Below, piece after piece: positions 50,324 through 63,242 of a DNA stretch of 64,000 bases (the stretch's first letter is position 1; every line of letters starts with the position of its first letter). This DNA comes from Malacoraja senta (lineage: Eukaryota): the NCBI GenBank assembly GCA_038087875.1, contig CM075990.1, forward strand, positions 2,172,001 through 2,236,000, written 5' to 3'. A program made the translations under genes and the position numbers. Below the pieces are notes generated by a model. The model was not told where the DNA came from, did not search any database, and saw nothing but the letters and a program-made list of their open reading frames with translations.

Positions 50324-53300
50324 GGTGGCATGGTGGCGCAGCGGTAAAGTTGCTGCCTCACAGCGCCAGAGACCCAGGTTCCATCCTGATTACGGGTGCT
50401 GTCTGTATGGAGTTTGGACGTTCTCCACGTGGAGGTGAACCTTTTAATTTAATTTTAAGGCTGTTTGACTTTACCTCAGTACTTTCCTTTAGACACACAG
50501 CGCGGAAACAGTCTCTTCGGCCCATCGAGTACGCCCCGATCACGGATCACCCCACACACTGGCACTATCCTACACACTAGTTTGATTACCATGACAATGC
50601 ATCTGGTCCATACTGCCTTTAGACTTTCGAGATACAGCGCAGAAACAGGCCCTTCCGTCCACCGAATCCTTGCTGACCAGCGACACCCTGTACCAAAGCC
50701 AATTAAACTATACACCTGTGGGTGTGGGAGGAAACTGGAGCAGCCAGAGAAAACCCACACGGTCACAGAGAGAACGTGCAAACTCTGCACAGGCTGCGCC
50801 TGTAGTCAGGGTCGAAGCCAAGTCTCTGGCGCTGAGAGGCAGCGACTCTAACGCTGGGCCACTGGACCACTCTGTTTTACTTCCTGGTTTTCTTTCTCCA
50901 GCCAACAAAAAGCCATTGGAATTCTATCCTTGAAGGACTATTCTACCTCTAGGCGTTCAGTTATTAATGGGACCTGTCAGTTTGGTCCAAACTCCTCCTA
51001 GTCATGTACATTCTACCCTTGCTTGACTTTCTAAAGAAGAGAACTCTTGCCGGCACCACACTTTGTTGTCCCGTCTCTGATGGGACAGAGTGGGATGAGT
51101 GCTTTACCAAGGGTATCCACCAATGGTGCAGCGGTGGAGTTGCTGCCTCACGGCGCCAGAGACCCGGGTTCGATCCTGACTACGGGTGTACAGAGTTTCC
51201 ACAATCTCCCTGTGACCGCGTGGGTTTTCACCGGGTGCTCCGGTTTCCTCCCACATTCCAAAGACGTACAGGTTTGTAGGTTAATTGACACCTGTAAGTA
51301 TGTAGGATAGAATTAGTTTATGGGGGATCGTTGGTCGGCGTGGGCCAGAGGAGCTGTTTCCACGCAGTATCTCTAAACCAAACTAAACTGAACACCGATG
51401 GGATGGGTGCATTACGATGAGTGTACAATGCAGTTGAACTGTTGTTGATGTCTAACACTAGCTCTCACCAGCTGAGATCTCATGAAGGGCCCCAACCCAA
51501 AACTTAGCATGTCCATTATCTTTGTGGAAGCTGCCTGTTCTGCAGAGTTATTACTTGGAGATAAGCACGGAAACAGGCCCTTCAGCCCACCGAGCCCACG
51601 CCGTCCATCGATCACCCATTCACACCAGTTCTGTTATCCCACTTTCTCATCCACTCCCTACACACTAGGGGCATTTTACAGAGGGCCAATTAACGTACAA
51701 TCCCGCATGTTTAGTTTAGAGAGACAGCACGGAAACAGGCCCTTCGGCCCACCGGGTCCGTGCCGACCAGCGATCCCCACACACTAACATTATCCTGCAC
51801 CCACTAGGGACAATTTTTACATTTACCAAGCCAATTTACCAACCTACAAACCTGTATGCCTTTGGAGTGTGGGAGGAAACTGAAGATCTCGGAGAAAACC
51901 CACGCAGGTCAGGGGGAGAACGTGCAAACTCCGTACAGACAGCACCCGTAGTCAGGATCGAACCCAGGTCTCTGGCACTGCATCCGCTGCTCCACCGTGC
52001 TGCCCTTCGTCTTTCGGATGTGGGAGGAAACCGGAGCACCCAGAGGAAACCCACGCGGTCACGTGGAGAACGTGGAAGCTCCACACAGACAGCACCTGAG
52101 GTTGGGATTGAACCTGGACCTCTGGCATGGTGAGGCAGCAGCTCTATTAGCTATGCCATCGTGTCGCCCTTGTGGTGAGATTTTTGAATGGCAAAAGTAC
52201 CCAAGACCACAAGGTCACAGGGAGAACGTGTAAGAATACAGCGCGGAAACAGGCCCTTTGTCCCACCGAGTCCGCGCCGACCAGCGATCAGTCCATACAC
52301 TAGCACTATCCTGCACACACTAGGGACAATTTTACAGAAGTCAATTCAAGTCAAGTCAAGTCACTTTTATTTCTCTAGCACATTTAAAAAACAACTCTCG
52401 TTGACCAAAGTGCTTTACATTGGTGGAGGTACTAATGTTATACAACAGTGATTCATAGATTACGTACATACATAAATACATACATATAGCCCTTTAACCT
52501 ACAGATGTGCATGTCTGTGGGGTGTGGGAGGAAACCCAAGCACCCGGTGGAAACCCACGTGGTCACGGGGAGAAGGTACAAACGCCGTACAGACAGCACC
52601 TGGTCGGGATTGAATCCAGGTCTCTGCCGCTGTGAGGCAGCAACTCTACCAGCCCCTGGGACAGTGTGGAGTTCCTCCGGCACTTTGTATTTTGCTCTAG
52701 ATGCCAGCATCTGCGGTTTGTTGTGTCTCCGTTCTCCAGCTGAGGGTGTGTTGAGGAACAGTCAGGATTGTGAACTAGCTCTGCTGGGCTTGCTGTCCTT
52801 GCTGGGTTAACATGCAGAGCGACATTAATCAGATCCAGGCCACACTATTGACTTGAGGTCGGCAAAATCCACAAGGGCTTGGAATTGAACCTGGATTCCT
52901 AGGAATGTACATTCCTGACACAGGGAAGGGAAGTGCTGGAACAATGCAGAGCTTGTTAACTTTTGCTGCCTGAGCTCTGGGTCCAGGGAAAAGATTATGT
53001 TTCCTGAAAAATATCACCGTGAGCAGCTGCAGGCAAAAGGACTCGATCCCATCTTCTCCAAATAAAGATGTCCATGAAAAATCCCAGCAGGTTGTTTTTG
53101 TCCTTGGCACGAGAGAGGGGAAGGAAATGACATGGAGTCGATCTCGGGCAATGGAAAGCACAGCAGCACAGCGGTAGAGTTGCTGCCTCACAGCGCCAGA
53201 GACACGGGTTCGATCCCGACCTCGGGTGCTGTCTGAGTGTGGAGTTTGCAAATGTTTCAGTAATCAAAGACAAGAAAAAACATAGGGGGTGAGTGTGATA

Positions 53301-54028
53301 GAAACTCTGGTTGTTACAGGGGAAGTGTGTGTGTGGGGGGGGGGGGGGTTAATAATATTCACAATCAGAAAGGATTTTGATACAGTAAAGACAAATAAAA
53401 AGTCTGTAGCCAAGAGACTTCAACACTTCCTGGTGCTGGAAAAGAGAGACCTGCAGGGATGTGGGATTAACGGACACCATTCCCACAGAGCTAGCACCGG
53501 TCAATGGGCCAAATGGCCTTAAATGAACAATTCTAGTAAATGGCATTTAGAGTCATAGAGTCACACAGCATGGAAACAGGCCATTCAGCCCAACTTTCCC
53601 ATTCCGATCAAGTTGCCCCATCTATACTTAGTTTAGTTTAGGGAGACAGTAAGGAAACAGGCCCTTCGGCCCATCGAGTCTGCACCTACTAGCGATCTCC
53701 AGACACTAGCACTATCCTATACTTAGTTTAGTTCAGGGAGACAGTAAGGAAACAGGCCCTTTGGCCCATCGAATCCGCGCCTACTAGCGAACTCCGGACA
53801 CTAGCACTATCCTACACACTGGAGACAATTGCGATTTTATCGGAGCCACTTAACCTACAAAATTCTACGTCTTTGGAATGTGGGAGGAAACCCAAGATCT
53901 CGGAGAAAAACCCACGCAGGTCACAGGGATAACGTACAAACTCTGTACAGACAGCACCTGTAGTCAGGATTGAACCCGGGTCCCTGGTGCTGTGAGGCAG
54001 CAACTCTACCGCTGCGCCACCGTGCCGC
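50324..54028. mobile_element. Dense V-SINE cluster (50324-50430+, 50635-50860-, 51124-51390+, 51562-52170- with a nested copy, 52235-52650-, 53163-53250+, 53628-54028-)
   Basis: Repeated SINE motifs and a 95-bp tandem duplication of a SINE tail at 53622-53811. Confidence 0.8.
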
Positions 54029-54834
54029 CCTCTGTGTGGAAAAGTTGCCACTCAGGCTCCTATTAAATCTCTCCCCTCTGCCTTCAATCTATCTACCCTG
54101 GTTCTCGATTCCCCTACTCTGGGTACAATGTACATTCACCCTATCTATTTCCCTTGCGATCTTATACACGTGATCAAATGGAGTTGCATGGAGTTAACTG
54201 TTCAGTTCAGTTTATTGTCACGTGTACCAAGGTACAGTGAAAAGCTTTCGTTGTGAGCTAACCGGGCAGAGGAAATAAACACATGTTTACAATCGAGCCA
54301 TTCGCAGTGTACAGTTATAGGATCAAGGGAATAACGCTTCGTGCAAGGTAAAGTCCGATCAAAGATAGTCCGAGGGCCCTCGATGAGGTAGAGAGTAGTT
54401 CAGGACTGCTCTTTGGTTACGGTAGGATGGTACCGAACTGTGTGGTCTGACATTGGGATGAAGGCGACAGCAACAGCGGGGAGAGGGGGGGGGGGTGAGA
54501 CGGTGAGAGAGCAGGCGGAACGAGGTGGGTCTGAGACGTTGGACCTGTCACCTCCTGACAGCAGCCATTGCTGACCAGAGACTGGGGTCAGGACCTCCGA
54601 GGATCAGTTACTGCACATTACTGGGGGAGAGCTTGGGAAAAAGCAAGGAACCGTTCTCCAAAATACTAAATAAAGCCAGTGCAGGCGTGAGAGAGCAGAT
54701 CATGGCCAGTGTGTGGCTAGTTTTATGGCGAGATAGATTATTTCTTCATTAGTAAACATGTCAGGTGTCATGGGTGTACCGTGAAGAGAGGAATGAGGCT
54801 GTACAGAGGTATGGTCCATGCCGCTAAGGTGAAT

Positions 54835-55765
54835 AGTGAAAGGCATAGATGTGGAGAGGATGTTTCCACCAGTGGGAGAGTCCAGGACCAGAGGTCACAG
54901 CCTCAGAGTAAAATGATGTTCCTTTAGAAAGGAGATGAGGAGGAATTTCTTTAGTCAGAGACAATAGACAATAGGTGCAGGAGTAGGCCATTTGGCCCTT
55001 CGAGCCAGCACCGCCATTCAATATGATCATGGCTGATCATCCCCAATCAGTACCCCGTTCCTGCCTTCTCCCCATATCCACTGACTCCGCTATTTTTAAG
55101 AGCCCTATCTAGCTCTCTCTTGAAAGCATCCCGAGAACCTGCCTCCACTGCCCTCTGAGGCAAAGAATTCCACAGACTCACCACTCTCTGTGAGAAAAAG
55201 TGTTTCCTCGTCTCCGTTCTAAATGGCTTACTCCTTATTCTTAAACTGTGGCCCCTGGTTCTGGACTCCCCCGACATCGGGAACATGTTTCCTGCCTCTA
55301 GCGTGTCCAAACCCTTAATAATCTTATATGTTTCAATAAGATACCCTCTCATCCTTCTAAACTCCAGAGTGTACAAGCCCAGCTGCTCCATTCTCTCAGC
55401 ATATGACAGTCCCGCCATCCCTGGAATTAACCTTGTAAACCTACGCTGCACTCCCTCAATAGCAAGCATGGCCTTCCTCAAATTAGGGGACCAAAACTGC
55501 ACACAATACTCCAGGTGTGGTCTCACTAGGGCCCTGTACAACTGCAGAGGGTGGTGAATCTGTGGAATTCATTGCCACAGACGGCTTGGAGGACAAGTTA
55601 ATGGATATTTTTAAGGCAGAGATAGATAGATTCTTGATTAGTATGGGTGTCAGTGCTTATGGGGAGAAAACAGGAGAATGGGGTTAGGAGGGAGAGATAG
55701 ATCAGCCATGATTGAATGGTGGAGTAGACTAGATGGGCCGAATGGCCTAATTCCGCTCCTATCAC
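54835..55765. mobile_element. Plus-strand CR1 interrupted by a young minus-strand CR1 (54961-55544)
   Basis: Open 164-aa ORF2 C-terminus at 55047-55541 (-). The host reads ttagtcagag|...|cagagggtggtgaatc (TSD cagag). Confidence 0.9.
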
Positions 55766-55952
55766 ATGAACATGGACTGTGGGAGTTAGCAGCGTGGACC
55801 ATACTTCACACACGCGTGTACACGGTGTCACCACTTGCTGTAAAGCTCCCAACGACACAAATGTAACGGTTCAGTGGCTCTTGATTACCACCTCCACCAA
55901 GGTACAGTGACATTCTCGATTTTCCATACAGGTTCATACAAATTCTTGTTTC

Positions 55953-56265
55953 GGGTGGCACGGTGGCACAGCGGTAGAGTTGCTGCCTCACAGCGCCAGA
56001 GACCCGGTTTCGATCCTGACCACGGGCGCTGTCTGTACGGAGTTTGTACGTTCTCACCGTGACCTGTGTGGGTTTTCTCCGAGATCTTCAATTTTCTCCC
56101 ACACTCCAAAGAATTACGAGTTTGTAGATTAATTGGCTTGGTTTAAATGTGAATTGTCCCTAGCGTGTGTAGGTTAGTGTTAGTGTGCGTGGATCACTAG
56201 CCGGCGCGGACTCAGTGGGCCGAAGAGCTTGTTTCCGCGCTGTATCTCTAAACTAAACTAAACTC
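55953..56265 (+). mobile_element. V-SINE, mirrored by 59547-59835 (-)
   Basis: SINE motifs. Confidence 0.85.
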
Positions 56266-56335
56266 AAAGATGTGAGTCTACTCGGAACAAGGAACATAAA
56301 AGATTCGCAAATACAGCAAATGACAGCATGTGTTA

Positions 56336-56680
56336 AGGGCCTGTCCCACTGTACGAGGTAATTCAAGAGTTCTCCCGAGTTTTCCCCTGATTCGAACTCG
56401 GAGAATGTCCGTAGCGGGTACGTAGCAGCTCGTGGATGTCTCGTAGCGGCTCGTATGAGTAACGGTAGGTGTTCGGGAAATCCGGTAAACAGGTGACGTT
56501 TTTTCAACACTGTGAAAAATGTCCACGAGTAAAAAAATACTCGTGATGAAAGAAATTGTTACTTTTTACTCGTAGGAGCCGCCACGAGACATCCACGAAC
56601 TCCTACGGGCCCGCTACGGACATTCTCCGAGTTCGAATCAGGGGAAAACTCGGGAGACCTCGTACAGTGGGACAGGCCCT
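56336..56680. mobile_element. PIF/Harbinger-type MITE with long TIRs
   Basis: TTA|agggcctgtcccactgtacgagg ... cctcgtacagtgggacaggccct|TTA. The inverted arms extend ~110-125 bp. Confidence 0.88.
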
Positions 56681-57834
56681 TTAATAACCCTGCCAGGGGT
56701 CGTCTTGGGGTGGGTGCATTGAGAGGAAGCTTCGGGGAGAAGGGATCGCGATATACCACCTGTTAATCTGGAGCAGTAAAGGTATCCAGGCAGCTACCAT
56801 GGGCTGCGGTGTGGGGAAGGATTATCAGTGCAAGCTATCCCAACATAGTTAACGATACGATGCGATACGATACGATGGAAGTTTATTTATCGTATCGATG
56901 GAAATTGTTCCGGCAACAGTCATAGAAACACAACAAGATACATGAAACATGAAATTAAAGTGACGAGTGGAAGGGCTCGGGGGATGTGCAAAGATTGAGG
57001 AATGGGGGGGGGGGGGGGTAGGGGAGTCAGTCTCATACTACCCCACGACAGTCTACCCCATTTCCCCCCCCCCCCCAGTTTCAGTTTAGTTTATTGTCAC
57101 GTGTGTCGAGGTACAGTGAAAAGCTTTTGTTGTGTGCTAACCAGTCAGCGGAAAGACAACACATGATTACAATAGAGCCATTTGCAGTGTATACGGTAGA
57201 TACAGTTTAAGGGAATAACGTTTAGTGCAAGGTAAAGCCAGCAAAGTCCGATCAAAAATAGTCCGAGGGTAATCAATGAGGTAGATATAGTTCAGGACTG
57301 CTCTCTGGTTGTGGTAGGATGGTTCAGTTACCTGATAACAGCTGGGAAGAAACTGTCCCAGAATCTTTATGTGTACGTTTTCACACTTCTGTACCTTTTG
57401 CCCCATGGGAGAGGGGGGCAATGGGTATAGAAAGCCATGCCCTATACTGTCCCTCCACTCTTCCAGCTTTCTCTCCCACCTCCATTCCAGCAACCTGAAG
57501 AACGATCCCGACCCGAAACGCCACTTATCCATGTTTTCCAGAGGTGCTGCCAGACCCGCCGAGTTACTCCAGCATTTTGCGTCTTTCTTTGGTATAAACC
57601 AACATCTGCAGTTCCTTGTTATCCCATCGTCTCTCATCCATTTGGCCACTGTCCTCAAATACACGACTGCTTTCAATCCCGGGAATGTGAATGCAATATT
57701 CCATCATGGCCTGGCGAGGAGAGGGATGGCGGGTCGCGGATGATCCGGATGGAGACAATGGGCCTCTATGGCCAGCTGTAGCTGGGACTTTGAAAATGGT
57801 GCCAATTCCTGCCGACTCTTGCATCTGGAGTCAG

Positions 57835-58220
57835 TCATAAGGTCATAAGTGATAGATGCAGAATTAGGCCATTCGGCCCATCAAGTCTACTCTGCCATTC
57901 AATCATGGCTGATCTATCTTTCCCTCCAAACCCCATTCTCCTGCCTTCTCCCCATAACCCCTGACACCCGTACTAATCAAGAATCTATCTATCTCTGCCT
58001 TAAAAATATCCATTGACTTGTCCTCCACATCCTTCTGTGGCAAAGAATTCCACCCTCGCGCTACAGAAATTCCTCCTCATCTCCTTCTCAAAGGAACATC
58101 CTTTAATTCTGAAACCATGACCTCTAGTCGTAGACTCTCCCATTAGTGGAAACATCCTCTCCACATCCACTCTATCCAGGCCATTCACTATTTGGTACGT
58201 TTCAATGAGGTCAGCCTTCA
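57835..58220 (-). mobile_element. CR1 3' fragment
   Basis: DLIETYQIVNGLDRVDVERMFPLMGESTTRGH followed by a tail. Confidence 0.85.
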
Positions 58221-58264
58221 TTGGGGGGGGGGGGGGGTGGTCTGTTTCTTTGCATTCTGTATTT

Positions 58265-59519
58265 AACATTTACATAAGTATTCGGACCCTTTGCTATGAC
58301 ACTCAAAATTGTGTCGGACAGGATTGTGTCGAGACACAGATCTGGAGAAAGGTTTAAAACAATTTCTGCAGCATTGCAGGTCCCGAAGAGCACAATGTCC
58401 TCCGTCATTCTTAAATGGTAGAACTTTGGAACCACCAGGACTCTTCATAGAGCTGGCCGCCCGGCCAAACTGAGCAATCGGAGGAGAAGGGCCTTGGTCA
58501 GAGTGGTGACCACGAACCCAATGGTCACTCTGACAGAGCTCCAGAGTTCCTCTGTGGAGATGGGAGAACCTTCCAGAAGGACAATTATATCTGCAGCACT
58601 CCACCAATCAGGCCTTTATGGTAGAGTGGCCAGACGGAAGGCACTCCTCAGTAAAAGGCACATGACAGCCCGCTTGGAGTTTGCCAAAAGGCACCTAAAG
58701 GACTCTCAGACAATGAGAAACAAGATTCTCTGGTCTGATGAAACCAAGATTGAACACTTTGGCCTGAATGCCAAGTGTCATGTGTGGAGGAAACCAGGCA
58801 GCGCTCATCACCTGGCCAATACCATATATACGGTGAAGCATGGTGGTGGCAGCATCATGCTGTGGGGATGTTTTTCAGCGGCAGGAACTGGGAGACTAGT
58901 CAGGTTCGAGGGAAAGATGAACGGAGCAAAGTACAGAGAGATCCTTGATGAAAACCTGCTCCAGAGTGTTCTTGACCTCAGACTGGGGCGAAGGTTCACC
59001 TTCCAACAGGACAATGACCCAAAGCACACAGACAAGACCACGCAGGAGTGGCTTTGTGACAAGTCTGTGAATGTCCTTGAGTGGCCCAGCCTGAGCCTGG
59101 ACTTGAACCCGATCGAACATTTCTGGAGGGACCTGAAAATAGCTGTGCATCGACGCCCCCCATCCAACCTGACAGAGCTTGAGAGGATCTGCAGAGAAGA
59201 ATGGGAGAAATTACCCAAATACAGGTGTGCCAAGCTTGTAGCGTCATACCCAAGAAGACTTGAGGCTGTAATCGCTGCCAAAGGTGCCTCAACAAAGTAC
59301 TGAGTAAAGGGTCTGAACACTTATGTAAATGTGATATTTCAGTTATTTATTTTTAATTACTTTGCAAATATTTCTAAACCTGTTTTCACTTCTTCATTCT
59401 GAGGTATTGTGTGTTGGTTGATGATAAAAAATAATGAATTTAATCCATTTTAGAATAAGGCTGTAACGCAACAAAATGTGGAAAAAGTGAAGGGGTCTGA
59501 ATACTTCCTGAATGCACTG
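58265..59519 (+). mobile_element. Tc1-family (IR/DR type) DNA transposon with a truncated left end
   Basis: Inner repeats acatttacataagtattcggacccttt (58266) and aaagggtctgaacacttatgtaaatgt (59306). The right end reads ggggtctgaatacttcctgaatgcactg|TA. Confidence 0.92.
58317..59303 (+). pseudogene. Tc1 DD34E transposase pseudogene
   Basis: [33 protein letters not shown] with 34 residues between D and E, and GRPAK. In-frame TAG at 58419-58421, and no start codon upstream of DRIVSRH. Confidence 0.92.
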
Positions 59520-60751
59520 TATGTGTGGCAATAATCTTATGATCTTAGTTTAGTTTATGGATATAGTGCAGAAACAGGTCCTTCGGCCCGGCAAGTTCGC
59601 GCCGACCAGTGATGCCCATACACTAACACTATCCTGCCCACTGGGGACAACTTACAAACTTTACTGAAGCCAATTAACCTGCAAACCTGCATGTCTTTGG
59701 AGTGTGGGAGGAAACCGGAGCACCCGGAGAAAACCCACACAGTCATGGGGAGAACGTACAAACTCCGTACTGACAACACCCGTAGTGAAGAACGAACCCA
59801 GGTCTCCGGCGCTATAAGGCGGCAAATCTACTGCGCCTTCCAGAAAAATAATTTCTATGAATCTAAATGCAAAAAGAGAATTTCACTGTAACTTAGTACA
59901 CGTGATAATACACTGTTGAAACGTTACATTTGTGTCATTGGGAGACTTGCAGCAAGTGGGGACACCCTGTACATGCGTGTGAAGTATGGTCCACGCCGCT
60001 ATCTCCCACAGTCCATGTTCATAAGTGATAGGAGCAGAATTAGGCCATTCGGCCCATCTAGTCTACTCCACCATTCTATCAATACAACTGTCTTTTAAAA
60101 TGTATAATATTTCTGCCTCCGATGAACTTTGGTGAATGAAAGACTGCAGTTGGACCAAGCGGCATAAAGTCGTTTCAACTTAGTTCAATTGTAGCTGGAA
60201 ACCAGCAATTAGTTTGGTTTAAAACAGTTGTCAGTTCTACCGCTAAATCAACATCTAAGGGTGTTTGTTGGTTAGCATGGGCTTGGTGGGCTGAAGGACC
60301 TGTTTCCACACTGCATCTCTATCTATCTCTGCCTTGAAACTAGCCACACACTGACCATGATCTGCTCTCTCACCCCTTCACTGGCTTTCTTTAGTATTTT
60401 GGAGGACGGTTCCTTGCCTTTTCCCAAGCTCTCCCCCAGTAATGGGCTGTAACTGATCCTCGGAGGTCCTGACCCCAGTCTCTGGACAGCAACGGCTGCT
60501 GTCAGGAGGTGACAGGTCCAACGTCTCAGACCCACCTCGTTCCGCCTGCTCTCCCACCGTCTCACACCCCCCCCCCCCCTCTCCCCCGCTGTTGCTGTCG
60601 CCTTCATCCCAATGTCAGACCACACAGTTCGGTACCATCCTACTGTAACCAGAGAACAGTCCTGAACTACTCTCTACCTCATTGAGGGCCCTCGGACTAT
60701 CTTTGATCGGACTTTACTGGCTTTACCTTGCACTAAGCGTTACTCCCTTTA

Positions 60752-62825
60752 TAGACAATAGACAATAGACAATAGGTGCAGGAGTAGGTTATTCGGCCCC
60801 TTGAGCCAGCACCACCATTCAATGTGATCATGGCTGATCATCCACAATCAGTTCCTGCCTTCTCCCCATATCCCCTGACTCCGCTCTCTTTAAGAGCCCT
60901 ATCTAACTCCTTGAAAGTATCCAGAGAACCGGCCTCCACCGCCCTCTGAGGCAGAGAATTCCGCCGACTCACTTCATCATGTATCTGTACACTGTGGATG
61001 GCTCGAGTGTAATCATGTCTTTCCGCAGTCTAGTTAGCTCGCAACAAAAGCTTTTCACTCTACCTCGGTACACGTGACAATAAGCTAACCAACTCCATGC
61101 AAATATGTGCATTTGACCACGTGTATAAGATCACGAGGGAAAGAGGCAGGGTGAATGTACAGTCTTCTATCCAGAGTAGGGGAATCGAGAACCAGAGGAC
61201 ATAGTTTTAAGGTGAGAGGGGCAAGGTTGAATAGGAACCCGAGGGGCAACTTGAACACACAGAGGGTGATGTGTTTATAGAACAAGCTGCCAGAGGATGT
61301 TATTGAAGAAGGTACTATATCAAGATTTAAAAGAAATTTGGACAGATACATGGATAGGAAAGGGTTCAGGAGATGACAGGAGATAGAGAGCTAGATAGGG
61401 CTCTTAAAGATAGCAGAGTCAGGGGATATGGGGAGAAGGCAGGAACGGGGTAGTGATTGGGGATGATCAGCCATGATCACACTGATTGGCGGTGCTGGCT
61501 CTAAGGGCCGAATGGCCTACTCCTGCACCTATTGTCTATTGTCTATTGTTTAAAGGAATGTGGGCCAAATGTGGCAGGTGGTACAAATGTAGATGAGAAA
61601 TCAATGGGATACCGAAGTCAGCATGGGTGAGTTGGGCCGAAGGGCCTGTTTCCGTGCTGTATGACTTTGCAGAATGTGCAGCCTACTACTCCTTGTAAGG
61701 CCATTTGACCCGCTGACCAGTGCTAGCTCTGTGGGGATGGTGTCCATTAATCCCACATCCCTGCAGGTCTCTCCTTTCCAGTGTCTGAAGGTTTTGGCAT
61801 CTCCTTGCTCCACCTCCTGATGGGAACAAGATGCTGTCTAACAGTTTCCCAAAGTAGCCCCTGGGCATTTTACCAGTTATTCCGGCCTCCTGTCATTAGA
61901 AAGTATTTATTTTTCTTTCATCCACCAGAACCATTTAATGATTGCAAAGGAAACTGAGGGGGGAAATGATAAGTATTCACAATCAGAGGGCGGTGAATCT
62001 GTGGAATTCATTGCCACAGACGGCTGTGGAGGCCAAGTCAATGGGTATTTAAGGTGGGGATTGATACATTCTTGATTAGTACGGGTGTCAGGGGTGATGG
62101 GGGAAGGCAGGAGAATGGGGTTGACAGGGAAAGATAGATCAGCCATGATTGAATGGTGGAGTTTACTCGATGGGCTGAATGGCCTAATTCTGCTCCTATG
62201 ACTTATGATGTAGTTTGATGACCCTGATAATTCATCCAGCCAACACTGCCTTTTAGAAAAGAAAACCTATTCACCCCTCGGGTCTGGTTTGTGTGTGGCT
62301 TCCAACTTTTGTTGGCTGGTTAGATGAATACCCAGGGGGCAATTAAAAGGGACCCCTATCAGCTGGTATCAACAATATCATACACATATATATGTCGACT
62401 GGGCTTGTATTCACTGGCATTCAGAAGGATGAGAGGTGATCTCATAGAAACATATAAAATTCTTAAAGGAGTGGACAGGCTACATGCAGGAAAAATGTTC
62501 TCGATGTTGGGGGAGTCCAGAGCCAGGGGTCACAGTTTAAGAATGAGGGGTAGGCCATTTAGGACTGAGATGAGGAAAGACTTTTTCACCCAGAGAGTTG
62601 TGAATCTGTGGAATTCTCTGCCACAGAAGGCAGTAGAGGACAAATCACTGGATGTCTTTCCAGAGAGAGTTAGATTTAGCTCTCAGGGCTAAGGGAATCA
62701 AGGAATATGGGGAAAAAGCAGGAATGAGTACTGCTTTTAGATGATCAACCATGATCATATTGAATGGAGGTGTTGGCTCGAAGGGCTGAATGGCCTACTC
62801 CTGCACATATTTTCCTCTGTTTCTG
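60752..62825. mobile_element. CR1 fragments (60752-60972-, 61130-61370+, 61385-61548+, 61983-62207+, 62395-62825+)
   Basis: CR1 ORF2 C-terminal motifs (RLGLYSLAFRRMRGDLIETYK...) and tails. Confidence 0.82.
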
Positions 62826-62959
62826 TATATATTCATGCTCCGTTAATTGGATGAAGAATTTAAGTATCCAATTATCTCACTGTAGTAAGATTATAGTAAA
62901 TTCTGCAAGATTACAATGGTGACTACACCTTATAACCACTTCATTGAAAGGGTTGACGC

Positions 62960-63242
62960 AGTGGGCAGCGGTAGAGTTGCTGCCTCACAGCGCCAGAGAC
63001 CCGGGTTCCATCCTGGCCACGATTGCTCCTGCGCATAGTTTGTGCGTTCTCCCCGTGACCTGAGTGGGTTTTCTCCGAGAACGTTGTTTTCCTCCTACAC
63101 TCCAAAGACGTACAGGTTTGCGGGTCAATTGGCTTGTTAAAAAAATTGTCCCTAGTGTAGGATAGTGTTAATGTGCGGGGATCGCTGGCCGGCATGGACC
63201 CGAAGGGCCGAAGGGCCTGTTTCTGCGCTGTATCTCTAAACT
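62960..63242 (+). mobile_element. V-SINE (HE1-like)
   Basis: Head, V-domain and tail. Confidence 0.82.

Noticed and set aside
58494..59303. Active transposase gene
   Set aside because: There is an upstream in-frame stop, the start and N-terminal DNA-binding region are lost, and the left outer TIR is missing.
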